Assembly (NCBI GenBank): GCA_964648975.1 | Contig: CAZYLN010000001.1 | Coordinates: 54,793-118,792 of the forward strand | Origin: an uncultured Gemmatimonas sp. | Lineage (GTDB): Bacteria > Gemmatimonadota > Gemmatimonadetes > Longimicrobiales > Gaopeijiaceae | DNA: 64,000 bases | Reading direction: 5' to 3' | Shown: positions 27,657-40,749 of the stretch, piece by piece | Layout: each line of letters opens with the position of its first letter | Numbering within the stretch: the stretch's first letter is position 1 | Notes under the pieces: generated by a model | Database searches by the model: none | What the model saw: the letters and a program-made list of their open reading frames with translations, nothing else | What the model was told of the DNA's origin: nothing | Program-made: the position numbers and the translations under genes

Positions 27657-29858
27657 TCAGCGCTCCGTCAGGTCGGCTTCCTCGAAGCTCTCGCGGCGCT
27701 CCACGCTGAGCACACCGTCCACGCTCAAGACGGCCCTGACGACCTTACGCAAGTGGGCGAGATCCTGAACCTCGACCACGAACGCCCCGTTCATGCCGCC
27801 GTCCACGGCGTCCATCTCGGCGCGTTGGATGTTCGTGCCTGTGTCCGAGATGGCCTTGGCCACATGGGAGAGAAGCGCGTGGCGGTCGCTTCCCCGGAGC
27901 AAGAGCTTCACCATGAAGCGGTCGCCCTTCTCCGCCGTCCACTCGATCTCCATGCGGCGATCGTGGTCGAGGTGCAGCACGTTGGGGCAGTCCGCCCGGT
28001 GGATCGACACTCCGCGTCCCCGGGTGATGTAGCCGATCACGTTGTCGCCGGGCACGGGCTGGCAGCACTGAGAGTAGCGGACCATCAAGTTCTCCAGGCC
28101 CTGGATGCGGACCCCGCGCCCCGACATGCGGAGCTTCTCGGCCAGCCGCTCGAGCGGCGAGGGCGCACGCGGCTCGGCGCCCGGATCGTGATCAGGGAAG
28201 AGGGCCCTGAGCACGGCGTGCGCGCCGAGGTCGCCGCGGCCGAGCGCTTCGTAGACGTGCTCGAAGTCGCGCCTGCCCAGCTCACCGGCCGCCCTGGCCA
28301 GCGTTGCCGCGTCCGGAAGCTCTTGCCTCAGCTTGCGCACTTCGCGCTCCAGAAACTCCCGGCCGATCTCGACCGCCGACTCGTGCTCCTGCCTGCGGAC
28401 CCATTGCCGGATCCGTCCGCGCGCCCGCGAGGTCTTGACGAACGCGAGCCAGTCCCGGTTCGGCCACCGCTTCGCGTCGGTCAGGATCTCGATCGTGTCC
28501 CCGTTCTTGAGCTCGCGCGACAGCGGCGCGATGCGGCCGTTCACGCGCGCGCCGGCGCAGTGCATGCCGACCTCCGTGTGGACGGAGAACGCAAAGTCGA
28601 TCGGGGTCGCGCCTACCGGCAGCTGCCGCACCTCGCCCAGGGGCGTGAACACAAAGACCTCGCCCTGGAACAGGTCCATCCGGAGGAACTCCATGAACTC
28701 CTCCGGCTCTCTGGCGTCCTGCTGCCACTCGAGGACCTGCCGGAACCAGGTAAGGGCGTCGTCGACATCGTTCGGCTTGTCCCCGACGCCTTCCTTGTAG
28801 CGCCAGTGCGACGCGATTCCGTATTCGGCCGTCCAGTGCATCTCCTCGGTTCGGATCTGGATCTCGTAGCGGCGTCCCGCCGGGCCCACCACGGTCGTAT
28901 GGATCGAGCGGTACATGTTGGACTTCGGCGTGGCGATGTAGTCGTGGAAGCGCTCCTGGATCGGCGTCCACCGCGAGTGAATCACTCCGAGCGCGGCGTA
29001 GCAGTTCTGGACCGTGTCGGTCGTGATGCGCATCGCCATCAGGTCGTAGATCTCCTCGTACGGCTTGGCGCGCCGCTCCATCTTGCGGTAGATGGACCAC
29101 AGATGCTTCGGGCGTCCCGTCACCTCCGCAGAGATGCCGGCCGCGGCCAGGGCTTCCTCCAGCGGCCGCTGCATCTCGAGCACCTGCCGTTCCCGCTCGC
29201 GCCGGCGCTGGCGAATCCTCCTGCGCAGCGTTTCGAACTCGGCAGGCTCAAGGAACTTGAAGGCGAGATCCTCGAGCTCCCAGCGGACCTGCGCGATGCC
29301 GAGGCGCTGCGCGATCGGGACGTAGATCTCGCGCGTCTCGAGGGCGATGCGCTCTTGCTTTCTCTGCGGCAGGTGCTGCAGCGTGCGCATGTTGTGCAGC
29401 CGGTCGGCAAGCTTGATCAGAACGACCCGCGCATCGGCGGCCATGGACAGCACCAGCTTGCGATAGTTCTCCATCTGCTGCTCGGTGCGCGACCGAAATT
29501 GCACCCTTCCGATCTTGGTCACCCCGTCCACCAGGGTGGCCACCTGATCTCCGAACCTGGCGCGCAGATCGGAGAGCGAGATGGCCGTGTCCTCCACGGA
29601 GTCGTGGACGAGCCCCGCGACGATCGTGGCCGTGTCCAGCCGGAGCGAGGCCAGGATCGCGGCCACCTCGACGACGTGGTTTACGTAGGGCTCCCCCGAG
29701 GCACGCTGTTGGCCGGAGTGCGCCTCCGCAGCCAGCTCGTAGGCCGAACGGATCGGGTCCAGGTCCAGCAGATCCGCGTACGGCTCAAGCTGCCGGGCCA
29801 ACTCGCGGGGAAGGCCGTGGAGCGTCGGGGCAGGCTTCGCAGGGGTCGCTGTGGGCAT
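27657..29858 (-). CDS. rel: bifunctional (p)ppGpp synthetase/hydrolase (RelA/SpoT homolog)
   Basis: Has an HD hydrolase domain ([23 protein letters not shown]), a synthetase domain (YRSIHTTV) and TGS/ACT C-terminal regions. Length is 733 aa. Confidence 0.95.
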   Translation of the reverse strand: MPTATPAKPAPTLHGLPRELARQLEPYADLLDLDPIRSAYELAAEAHSGQQRASGEPYVNHVVEVAAILASLRLDTATIVAGLVHDSVEDTAISLSDLRARFGDQVATLVDGVTKIGRVQFRSRTEQQMENYRKLVLSMAADARVVLIKLADRLHNMRTLQHLPQRKQERIALETREIYVPIAQRLGIAQVRWELEDLAFKFLEPAEFETLRRRIRQRRRERERQVLEMQRPLEEALAAAGISAEVTGRPKHLWSIYRKMERRAKPYEEIYDLMAMRITTDTVQNCYAALGVIHSRWTPIQERFHDYIATPKSNMYRSIHTTVVGPAGRRYEIQIRTEEMHWTAEYGIASHWRYKEGVGDKPNDVDDALTWFRQVLEWQQDAREPEEFMEFLRMDLFQGEVFVFTPLGEVRQLPVGATPIDFAFSVHTEVGMHCAGARVNGRIAPLSRELKNGDTIEILTDAKRWPNRDWLAFVKTSRARGRIRQWVRRQEHESAVEIGREFLEREVRKLRQELPDAATLARAAGELGRRDFEHVYEALGRGDLGAHAVLRALFPDHDPGAEPRAPSPLERLAEKLRMSGRGVRIQGLENLMVRYSQCCQPVPGDNVIGYITRGRGVSIHRADCPNVLHLDHDRRMEIEWTAEKGDRFMVKLLLRGSDRHALLSHVAKAISDTGTNIQRAEMDAVDGGMNGAFVVEVQDLAHLRKVVRAVLSVDGVLSVERRESFEEADLTER

Positions 29859-30128
29859 AGGCGGAATCTACGGCGACGTCCCTGCCGACAGCAGGCCGGG
29901 CGGGCTACGGCGAAGGTGCGGCACGCGAGCGGCTCCTCGGGCGGGACCGGTCCAGTCTCGGGGCCTAGCCGCCGTGCCGGCGGCGGCGCGCGCAGCACGG
30001 CCTCGAAGTTCGACCGGGCGGGCCGTCGTAAGCCGCCCGGCGCGCGAGGCTCGAGCGCGGGACGGCGCAGTCGGAACTCGATCGATCGCCCCTGAGCGGA
30101 GCCTCCTCGTCCGGCGGCACACGGGTCG

Positions 30129-33494
<3,366 letters not shown>

Positions 33495-33504
33495 CGCTGC
33501 ACTC

Positions 33505-34134
33505 TTAGGAGACGTGACGCGCCACGCCCGTCGCTGCGACGGACGGCCCGCGCGTCGAGTAGAGTCCTTCACGCTCGATGATCGAGCGCACCGAATCGGG
33601 GACCATGTGCCGGATGGAGCGGCGCGCGCGCACGCGCGCGCGGATCCCCGTCGAGGAAATCTCCGCCCTGGTCACGGGGCAGTGCCGCCAGGGAACGCCC
33701 AGCCCGAGACCCTTGGCCGCCTCCCCTGCCCGTTCCATGACCGCCACGGTCGCGAAATGGCCGATCCGCTCGGGCTCGTGCCAGCCCTCGAGCTGCCGCC
33801 ACTGATCCACGCCCATCAAGAGCACGAGTCGCGCTGCCGGGTCTCGACGGCGGAGCTCGGCCAGGGTGTCGGCCGTATACGACGGTCCGGGGCGGCGCAT
33901 CTCGAGATCGCTGGCCTCGAGCAGCGGATCGTCCGCCACGGCGGCCTCGAGCATCGCCCAACGAACGGCGGCCGGCGTCACGTCGGCGTCGCAACGATGC
34001 GGCGGGCGGGCCGACAGCACGAGCAGCACGCGGTCGAGCGCGAGTTCGTCGACCGCGTCGCGGGCGACGATCAGGTGTCCGAAGTGTGGCGGATCGAACG
34101 TTCCCCCGAAGACGCCGAGCTGCGAGGCACTCAC
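33505..34134 (-). CDS. nadD: nicotinate-nucleotide adenylyltransferase
   Basis: GVFGGTFDPPHFGHL is the (H/T)xGH motif, with ISSTGIRARV near the C-terminus. The GTG start overlaps the bamD stop (GTGA at 34131-34134). Confidence 0.88.
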   Translation of the reverse strand: MSASQLGVFGGTFDPPHFGHLIVARDAVDELALDRVLLVLSARPPHRCDADVTPAAVRWAMLEAAVADDPLLEASDLEMRRPGPSYTADTLAELRRRDPAARLVLLMGVDQWRQLEGWHEPERIGHFATVAVMERAGEAAKGLGLGVPWRHCPVTRAEISSTGIRARVRARRSIRHMVPDSVRSIIEREGLYSTRGPSVAATGVARHVS

Positions 34135-34907
34135 CGCACCCCGCCCGAAGGCACCGCGAGGGCGGACGCATTGCTGCCGAGCCCGCGCGCTTCCTCGGAG
34201 TTGGGATAGACGTCTAGGATCTTTTGCCGAGCCTCCTCGACGAGATCGTCGTAGCCGATCTCCTCGTAGGCCTTCATGATCCCGAGCAGCGCGGCCGGCG
34301 CCAGCTCGGTGTCGGCGTACTGCTCCTCGATCATCTCCCAGTAGATGATCGCCGAGTCGTAGAACTTGCGTCGGAAGTAGTAGTCCGCGATCTCGTGCAG
34401 CTTCCGCGCGAGCTTGATACGCATCTGCCGCGCGGTCTCGCGGGCCTCGTCCGCGGCGCGCGTGTCGGGATAGTCCGCGGCCACGTTGTTGCACACGTTC
34501 TCCGCCTCCGCCGTGTAGCTCTGATCACGCTGCACGTTGGGAGACAAAGCGGCCGATGAGCGGCACGTGCCGAGCGCCGCGTCCGGCGCGGACGAATGAT
34601 CGGGGAAGCGATTCAGGAACCGCCTATACTCCGAGAGCGCCGTGATGTACTGCTCGTCCGAGAAATAGGCCTCGGCGAGCAACATGCGGGCCTCGGCGGC
34701 GCGGTCGCTGCTCGGGAAGGAGATGAGGAAGCGATCGAACGCCTCCTGGGCTTCCTCGTAGTCTCCGACATCGAGCGCGCCCTGCGCGATCTCGAACAGT
34801 TCGGGAGCAGCCACGCCCTGATACGGGGGAGCAGAGGCGCAGGCGACCGAGAAGAGGGCAGCCGTCACGGACAAGTGCAGACGCATGGACATCGCCGAAG
34901 GGTACAC
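34131..34907 (-). CDS. bamD: outer membrane protein assembly factor BamD (TPR lipoprotein)
   Basis: Has a lipobox FSVAC and BamD-like TPRs (LFEIAQGALDVGDYEEAQEAFDRFLISFPSSDRAAEARMLLAEAYF, IADYYFRRKFYDSAIIYWEMI). Alternative ATG starts lie at 34892 and 34886. Confidence 0.85.
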   Translation of the reverse strand: MYPSAMSMRLHLSVTAALFSVACASAPPYQGVAAPELFEIAQGALDVGDYEEAQEAFDRFLISFPSSDRAAEARMLLAEAYFSDEQYITALSEYRRFLNRFPDHSSAPDAALGTCRSSAALSPNVQRDQSYTAEAENVCNNVAADYPDTRAADEARETARQMRIKLARKLHEIADYYFRRKFYDSAIIYWEMIEEQYADTELAPAALLGIMKAYEEIGYDDLVEEARQKILDVYPNSEEARGLGSNASALAVPSGGVR

Positions 34908-34934
34908 GCAACGGGGGGATTGGGTTTCCGGCCG

Positions 34935-36113
34935 TCACGCCTCGTAGAACGTGCGGATCGCCGCCGCTACGGCCCGCACGCGCTTCTCGCCGAGCTCGGG
35001 AAAGACGGGCAGGCTCAGGACCTCCCGGCACAGCCGCTCCGCGACCGGGAAGTCGCCCGGCGCGTAGCCCAAGGAGCGGAAGCAGGGCTGCAGGGGCAGG
35101 GGCAGCGGATAGTAGAGGCCGGTCGCGATTCCCGCTTCCGCCAGGAACGCGCGGAGCCCGTCGCGCCGCTCCGCCCGGATCGTGTACTGGTTGTACGTGT
35201 GGAGGTTGCCCCCATCCACGCGCGGCGTCCGCACGGCCGTCAGATCGGCGAGCAGCTCGTCGTACAGCGCCGCGTTGCGCCGGCGGGCTTCGACCCATCC
35301 GTCGAGGTGAGGCAGCTTGGCGAGCAGGACCGCGGCCTGGAGCGTGTCGAGCCGACTGTTCGTGCCCACCCCGTCGTGGCGGCAGGCCTCGCCTGCGCCG
35401 TGGACGCGCAGCTCGCGCAGCCTTGTGGCGAGGACCTCGTCGCTCGTCGTGATCATGCCGCCGTCTCCCAGGCCTCCCAGGTTCTTGGTCGGGAAGAAGC
35501 TGAACGCGCCAGCGTCGCCCGCTCCCCCGGCCCCGACGTCGGCGCCGGCCGCCCTGCGGCGTGCCCCGGTCGCCTGGGCCGCGTCCTCCAGGACGAACAC
35601 GTTCGGCCCGAGCACCCGACGGATCGCCTCCACCTCGGCCATCTGACCGAACAGGTGCACGGGGACGGCCGCCACCGTCCGAGCCGAGCGGACCGAGGAG
35701 ACGGTCGCCGCACTGACGTTGAAGGAGCTGTCCTCCACGTCGCAGAAAGCGGGCCGCAGACCCGCGTTCCAGACCGCTCCAGCCGTTGCAAAGAACGTGA
35801 AAGCGGGGACCACGACCTCGGGCAGGTCGCGAATCCTGCGCGCGTCCGCCGGACCCGCGACGTCGTGACGCCGCGCGAGGTCACGCAGCGGGAGCAGCAA
35901 CGCGTCCGTGCCACTGGCGCAGCCGACGCCGTATCGGGCGCCGACCCTGGCCGCCAGGGCCCCTTCCAGCTGCGCGATCTGCGGCCCGAGGATGAACCTG
36001 CCCGAGTCGAGCACGCCGCTCAGCGCACGCTCGAGGTCGCGGGCGATAGCTCGATGCTGGGCCCCGAGATCGAACTGCGGAATAGGCTCGAGGGCCTCAG
36101 GGAGCGGGCTCAT
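34935..36113 (-). CDS. DegT/DnrJ/EryC1/StrS-family PLP-dependent sugar aminotransferase
   Basis: ILGPQIAQLEGALA, GCASGTDALLL and SFFPTKNLG (the PLP-lysine motif) are present. Length is 392 aa. Confidence 0.88.
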   Translation of the reverse strand: MSPLPEALEPIPQFDLGAQHRAIARDLERALSGVLDSGRFILGPQIAQLEGALAARVGARYGVGCASGTDALLLPLRDLARRHDVAGPADARRIRDLPEVVVPAFTFFATAGAVWNAGLRPAFCDVEDSSFNVSAATVSSVRSARTVAAVPVHLFGQMAEVEAIRRVLGPNVFVLEDAAQATGARRRAAGADVGAGGAGDAGAFSFFPTKNLGGLGDGGMITTSDEVLATRLRELRVHGAGEACRHDGVGTNSRLDTLQAAVLLAKLPHLDGWVEARRRNAALYDELLADLTAVRTPRVDGGNLHTYNQYTIRAERRDGLRAFLAEAGIATGLYYPLPLPLQPCFRSLGYAPGDFPVAERLCREVLSLPVFPELGEKRVRAVAAAIRTFYEA

Positions 36114-36147
36114 GCCGCGCCGTCACAGGGCGTCGTGGAGGAGCTGC

Positions 36148-37107
36148 TCAGGGTGTTCGCGTGCCCGCGTCGCGTTCTTCCATCAGCCGTCTGAAGTAGG
36201 GAATCGTGCGCCTCAGCCCCTCTCGCAGCGGCACCCTCGGCTCCCATCCCAGAACCGTGCGCGCGACGGCGATGTCCGGCCTGCGCGCCTTGGGATCGTC
36301 GGTCGGCAAGGGGCGGTAGTCGATCTCGGACGCGCTGCCCGTCTCCTCGAGCACCATCTCCGCCAACTCCTGAATCGTGAACTCGTCCGGGTTGCCGATG
36401 TTGGTCGGCTCCGAGAGGTCTGAGTTGAACAGACGGTAGATCCCCTCGATCTCGTCCTCCACGTAGCAGAACGAGCGGGTCTGCGAGCCATCGCCGTACA
36501 CGGTGATCGGCCGGCCGTGCAGCGCCTGAACGATGAAGTTCGAGACCACGCGGCCGTCGGTGGGCCTCATCCGCGTTCCGAACGTGTTGAAGATGCGGAC
36601 GATCCGAGTATCCAGGCCGTGGCAACGGTGATAGGCCATCGTCAGCGCCTCGGCGAACCGCTTGGCCTCGTCGTAGACACCGCGAGGACCGATCGGGTTG
36701 ACGTTGCCCCAGTACGTCTCCGGCTGGGGGTGGACCAGCGGATCCCCGTAGACCTCGGACGTCGAGGCGAGGAGGTAGCGGGCGCCCTTGGCCCTCGCGA
36801 GGCCGAGTGTCTTGTGAGTGCCGTGGCTGCCGACCTTGAGCGTCGGAATCGGCAGCTCAAGGTAGTCGACAGGGCTCGCAGGCGAGGCGAAGTGCAGCAC
36901 GCCGTCCACCGGTCCATCGACATGGACAGCGTTCGTGACATCGAGGTGCACGAACTCGAACTTCGGCTGCCGCATCAAGTGGGCGATGTTCTCCAGGGTG
37001 CCGGTGAGGAGGTTGTCGATTCCGACGACCTCGTGGCCCTCTGCGAGAAAGCGCTCACCCAAGTGCGAGCCGAGAAAGCCGGCAGCACCCGTGATCACGA
37101 CCCTCAC
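36148..37107 (-). CDS. UDP-glucuronate decarboxylase (UXS-type SDR)
   Basis: [32 protein letters not shown] (YxxxK) and ARIFNTFG-like [10 protein letters not shown] are present. The GTG start overlaps the ugd stop (GTGA at 37104-37107). The 734-aa track ORF is a read-through across ugd. Confidence 0.85.
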   Translation of the reverse strand: MRVVITGAAGFLGSHLGERFLAEGHEVVGIDNLLTGTLENIAHLMRQPKFEFVHLDVTNAVHVDGPVDGVLHFASPASPVDYLELPIPTLKVGSHGTHKTLGLARAKGARYLLASTSEVYGDPLVHPQPETYWGNVNPIGPRGVYDEAKRFAEALTMAYHRCHGLDTRIVRIFNTFGTRMRPTDGRVVSNFIVQALHGRPITVYGDGSQTRSFCYVEDEIEGIYRLFNSDLSEPTNIGNPDEFTIQELAEMVLEETGSASEIDYRPLPTDDPKARRPDIAVARTVLGWEPRVPLREGLRRTIPYFRRLMEERDAGTRTP

Positions 37108-38450
37108 GACCCGCCACTCCCCGCCGCTAACGGCCGACGACCGACCGAATAGTACTCGAAGCCGAGCCGCTCGAGCGCGTCCCGCCTGTACAGGTTGCGC
37201 CCGTCGAAGATGATCGGCTGGCGCAGCAGCTTCCGCATCCGATCGAAGTCCGGGCGCCGGTACGGGTTCCATTCGGTATGGATCACGAGGGCGTCTGCGC
37301 CCTCCAGCACGTCGTAGTTCCGCTCGCGGCACTCGATCAGACCGCCCAAGCGGCGCCGCGCCTCGGGCATCGCCACGGGATCGTGCGCGACCACGCGCGC
37401 GCCGCGATCCAGCAGCCCCCCTATGGTCACGAGGCTCGGCGCATCGCGCATGTCGTCGGTGTTCGGCTTGAACGCCAGGCCCCAGACGGCGAGGGTGTGC
37501 CCCGACAGATCGCCGCCGAAACGCGCCACCACGAGGTCGAGGAGCAGGCGCTTCTGCGCCTCGTTCACGGCCTCTACCGCCTCCAGGATCGAACCGTCCA
37601 GGCCGAAGTCGGTGATCGTCCGCACGAGCGCCTTCACGTCCTTGGGGAAGCAGCTCCCTCCGTAGCCGACGCCCGAGAACAAGAAGCTCGGCCCGATCCG
37701 CGAGTCGGATCCGATCCCTAGGCGCACCTGGTCGACGTCCGCCCCCGCGACGTCGCAGAGCCGGGCGATCATGTTCATGAAGCTGATGCGGGTCGCGAGC
37801 ATCGCGTTCGCCGCGTACTTGGTGATCTCGGCCGACGTCACGTCCATCAACAGGATCTCGTGGCCGGTGCGCACAAACGGCTCGTAGAGGGTCCTGAGCA
37901 CCGCGGCCGCCGCCGGATCGTCCACGCCAAGTACGACGCGGTCCGGTTTCATGAAATCCGCGACGGCGGCCCCCTCCTTCAAGAACTCGGGGTTCGAGCA
38001 CACGTGGACGGCGTGGGTCGTGTGCTCCCGGATGGCGGCGCGCACCCGTGCTGCCGTGCCGACCGGAACCGTGCTCTTCGTGATCACGATCCGCTCGCCG
38101 TCCATGGCCTTGCCGATCGTCTCCGCCACCTCCAGCACATGCTGGAGGTCGGCCGAGCCATCTTCGCAGGGGGGCGTGCCGACGGCGATGAATATGACGT
38201 CCGAGGCGCGGACGGCTTCCTCCACATCGGTCGTGAAGGTGAGCCGCCCGGCGGCGAGGTTCTCCTTCACCAGCGGATCCAGACCGGGCTCGAAGATCGG
38301 CAGCTCTCCCTTCTTGAGCCTCGCGATCTTCTCGGCGACGACGTCGGCGCACAGCACATCGTGTCCGGTTTCGGCCAGGCAGGCGCCCACCACCAGTCCG
38401 ACGTACCCGGTGCCGATGACCGCGATGTTCACCCGTGACGCTCGACGCAC
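37104..38450 (-). CDS. ugd: UDP-glucose 6-dehydrogenase
   Basis: [22 protein letters not shown], the GGSCFPKD catalytic-Cys motif, and [10 protein letters not shown]. An alternative GTG start lies at 38432. Confidence 0.93.
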   Translation of the reverse strand: MRRASRVNIAVIGTGYVGLVVGACLAETGHDVLCADVVAEKIARLKKGELPIFEPGLDPLVKENLAAGRLTFTTDVEEAVRASDVIFIAVGTPPCEDGSADLQHVLEVAETIGKAMDGERIVITKSTVPVGTAARVRAAIREHTTHAVHVCSNPEFLKEGAAVADFMKPDRVVLGVDDPAAAAVLRTLYEPFVRTGHEILLMDVTSAEITKYAANAMLATRISFMNMIARLCDVAGADVDQVRLGIGSDSRIGPSFLFSGVGYGGSCFPKDVKALVRTITDFGLDGSILEAVEAVNEAQKRLLLDLVVARFGGDLSGHTLAVWGLAFKPNTDDMRDAPSLVTIGGLLDRGARVVAHDPVAMPEARRRLGGLIECRERNYDVLEGADALVIHTEWNPYRRPDFDRMRKLLRQPIIFDGRNLYRRDALERLGFEYYSVGRRPLAAGSGGS

Positions 38451-38889
38451 GAATCCACGAGCCTACCCCACCCCGTCCCGGATCGGAGTGACCGGGCGGC
38501 AGCCGACGGCCTGTCCCGCCGCTCCGGCCGTCGATCCCCCGCGCTTGCCCGGAAGGCGCTCCCGTCCGCCCGCGCGACCGGGAAACCCGCGCACGCGAGT
38601 ACGGAGCCCCTGAAGCGCGGGGCGGAGTCGATACCGGCCTTCGGGGAGGCGAGCGGGCGCGGACCGACCGTCGCGGCGGATCCCGGGTGCAGCCGCCGCT
38701 GCGACGGGATCGCAGAACGGGGGAACGTCGTACGGCGGGCGTGGGCGGCCGCAGAACGGCCTTGGAGTTCCCGGGGCCGAAGGCGACGCGCCGCGGGACT
38801 CGCGGGGCGGCCTGGACGGTGATCGACCGGGCTGGCCGACAGTCGCAATGCTCTCAAGGTCAGCCGCTATGGTTCAGCGGAAAGCCGCG

Positions 38890-38933
38890 GTCATGTTACC
38901 GTGACATAGCCGTGTCACAGTGTCACTGTCATG
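38890..38933. promoter_or_regulatory. operator-like cluster of GTGACA/TGTCAC hexamers (nested palindromes) upstream of the RND efflux operon
   Basis: The sequence reads GTCATG-ttacc-GTGACA-tagccg-TGTCAC-ag-TGTCAC-t-GTCATG. It contains a perfect 6-N6-6 inverted repeat at 38901-38918 and a perfect 13-bp palindrome ACAGTGTCACTGT at 38917-38929. Confidence 0.45.
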
Positions 38934-39105
38934 GCGAGATCCGAGGCTGCGAGCACTGAAGGTGGTGAGCGGGGGCGACACATGCCCGCGCTATTGTGTC
39001 TATTTCGCCCGCTCTTCGCCAATCCGCCGGGACCGGAGCGCTGACGCCTTGCGCAGGTTCCGTCCGCCGGGTGAAGCTGCACCCCAGGGCACTCCGGGAG
39101 CCAAG

Positions 39106-40749
39106 ATGATGGAAACAAAGGATGCCGCGCCCCGCGGGACGTCGAGGGACCACGCGCGCGCCGCGCCCGTCCCGACCCTCACCCTCGCCGCTCATCCCGC
39201 GCCGGCCTCACTTCTCGCCCGGGCGCTCCCGCTCGCCCCTGCGCTCCTCCTCGCGGCCTGCTCCTTCGCGCCGCCGCCTTCGCTGCCCGCACCGGCGGCC
39301 GCTCTCCCCGATTCCTTCACGGAGAGCCGGGGGGCGGGCGGCCACGATGCCCGCGAGTGGTGGGGCGCCTTCCGGGATCCGGTCCTGAACACGGTGGTCG
39401 ACTCGGTGCTGGCCGCCAACTTCGACCTGGCCGAGGCGGTGGCGAGGGTTCAGCAGGCCCGGGCCCAGGCCCGCATCGCGCGGGCGGCGCTCTTCCCCGC
39501 CCTGCAAGCCAGCGGATCGGCATCCGATCAGGACAGCCCTACCAACGCGGGATTCGGCCAGCAGTTCCGCGAGCTCGCCGGAGGCGAAGACGGCGGATCC
39601 CTCCCGGGCGGCCTCCAGCTGTCGGACCGCTTCGGGGTTACCACCTATTCCCTGGGCGTCGACTTCGCCTACGAACTCGACTTCTGGGGCAGGGCGCGCA
39701 ACGACTCGAAGGCCGCCGCGATGCAGTACCTCGCGTCCGAGTCCGACTACCGCGCCGCCCGCATCGGCGTACTCTCCGAGACGATCACCACCTACTTCGA
39801 GATCGTCGACCTGCGCCGTCGCACGGCCCTTGCCCGCGAGACCGTGGGCGTCCTTCTCGAGCGGGTCGATCTGGCGGAGATCCGCTACGATCGCGGGCTC
39901 GTGACCTCGTTCGAGCTGTACCAGGTGCGTCAGGAGCTGCGGAACACCCAGGCCGGGCTTCCGCAGCTGGAGAGCCAGCTCGTCAACGCCGAGGGGCGGC
40001 TCGCGATTCTGCTGGGCGGCTTTCGCGCCAAGCTGGACGCCATCCTCCCGGACTCGCTGGCACCGATGCCGCCGGGCGACGCGGTCTCCGCGGGCGTCCC
40101 CGCCGACCTCCTCCTCCAGCGCCCCGACGTGCGCGCGGCGGGCGAGCGCCTCGAGGCGGCGAGGTACTCGATCGGAGCGCGGCGGGCCGAGCTGCTCCCG
40201 TCCCTGTCCTTCAGCGGAACCATCGGTCTGCAGTCGGCCGACGCGGACGGGCTCTTCAACGTGGACCAGTGGTTCCGCAACTTGGTCGGCAACCTGACCG
40301 CCCCGATCTTCCAGGGAGGGCGGATCAGGAACAACCTCGCGCTCGCGCATGCGAGCTTCAATCAGGTCGCCTCCGCCTACGGCCGCACCGTGGTGAGTGC
40401 CGTGCATGAGGTGGAGGCCGCGCTGGCCGCCCTCGGGAACGAGGGACGTCGCCACGAATTCCTGCAATCACAGCGCGAGGAGGCGCTGGCTTCGGTGGCG
40501 TTGCAGGCGCAGCGCTACGGGGCCGGCGTGGGAGGCTACACCGATTACTTGGACGCGCTGCGCGCCCTGCTGAACGTCGAGTCGACGCTGGCCGAAGCGC
40601 AGCGCGACCTCGCCCTCGCGCGGCTCGCGGTGCACCGCGCCCTGGGCGGCGAATGGACCGAGCCGCCGCATGCGCTCGAGGGGCCGCGGATGGTGGCCGG
40701 CGGCGGGACGGATGGACCGGACGCGGACCCGCGAGGAGGGAACCAGTAG
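39106..40749 (+). CDS. RND efflux outer-membrane factor lipoprotein (NodT/OprM family)
   Basis: ATG at 39106 with GGGAG 5 nt upstream and lipobox LLLAAC. WWGAFRDPVLNTVVDSVLAANFDLAEAVARVQQARAQ is the typical OMF N-terminal repeat, and there are two TolC-like repeats. Confidence 0.88.
   Translation: MMETKDAAPRGTSRDHARAAPVPTLTLAAHPAPASLLARALPLAPALLLAACSFAPPPSLPAPAAALPDSFTESRGAGGHDAREWWGAFRDPVLNTVVDSVLAANFDLAEAVARVQQARAQARIARAALFPALQASGSASDQDSPTNAGFGQQFRELAGGEDGGSLPGGLQLSDRFGVTTYSLGVDFAYELDFWGRARNDSKAAAMQYLASESDYRAARIGVLSETITTYFEIVDLRRRTALARETVGVLLERVDLAEIRYDRGLVTSFELYQVRQELRNTQAGLPQLESQLVNAEGRLAILLGGFRAKLDAILPDSLAPMPPGDAVSAGVPADLLLQRPDVRAAGERLEAARYSIGARRAELLPSLSFSGTIGLQSADADGLFNVDQWFRNLVGNLTAPIFQGGRIRNNLALAHASFNQVASAYGRTVVSAVHEVEAALAALGNEGRRHEFLQSQREEALASVALQAQRYGAGVGGYTDYLDALRALLNVESTLAEAQRDLALARLAVHRALGGEWTEPPHALEGPRMVAGGGTDGPDADPRGGNQ

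Noticed and set aside
27753-30095. 780-aa plus-strand ORF, and similar long antisense ORFs at 6015-7061, 9068-10363, 26203-27549, 34596-36194, 47521-49044, 54128-56254, 58737-59960 and 61162-62226
   Set aside because: All lie opposite strongly supported conserved genes (rel, polyprenyl synthase, lptD, uvrB, degT, hemD, secY and ribosomal proteins). They have the Arg/Gly/Pro/His-rich composition expected of stop-codon-poor antisense frames in high-GC DNA.
36148-38352. 734-aa ORF spanning UXS and ugd
   Set aside because: Only the C-terminal 319 aa match an SDR decarboxylase. The upstream part is out-of-frame read-through of ugd with Arg/Gly-rich composition.
38429-38857. 142-aa minus-strand ORF in the long spacer
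   Set aside because: It overlaps the ugd start, has Arg/Pro/Ala-rich composition, and shows no codon-position bias in the portion I tallied.
38901-38929. Reading the palindrome cluster as a CRP/FNR site (TGTGA-N6-TCACA)
   Set aside because: The half-sites and spacing do not fit. The element is GTGACA-N6-TGTCAC, and the TCACA present has no correctly spaced TGTGA partner.
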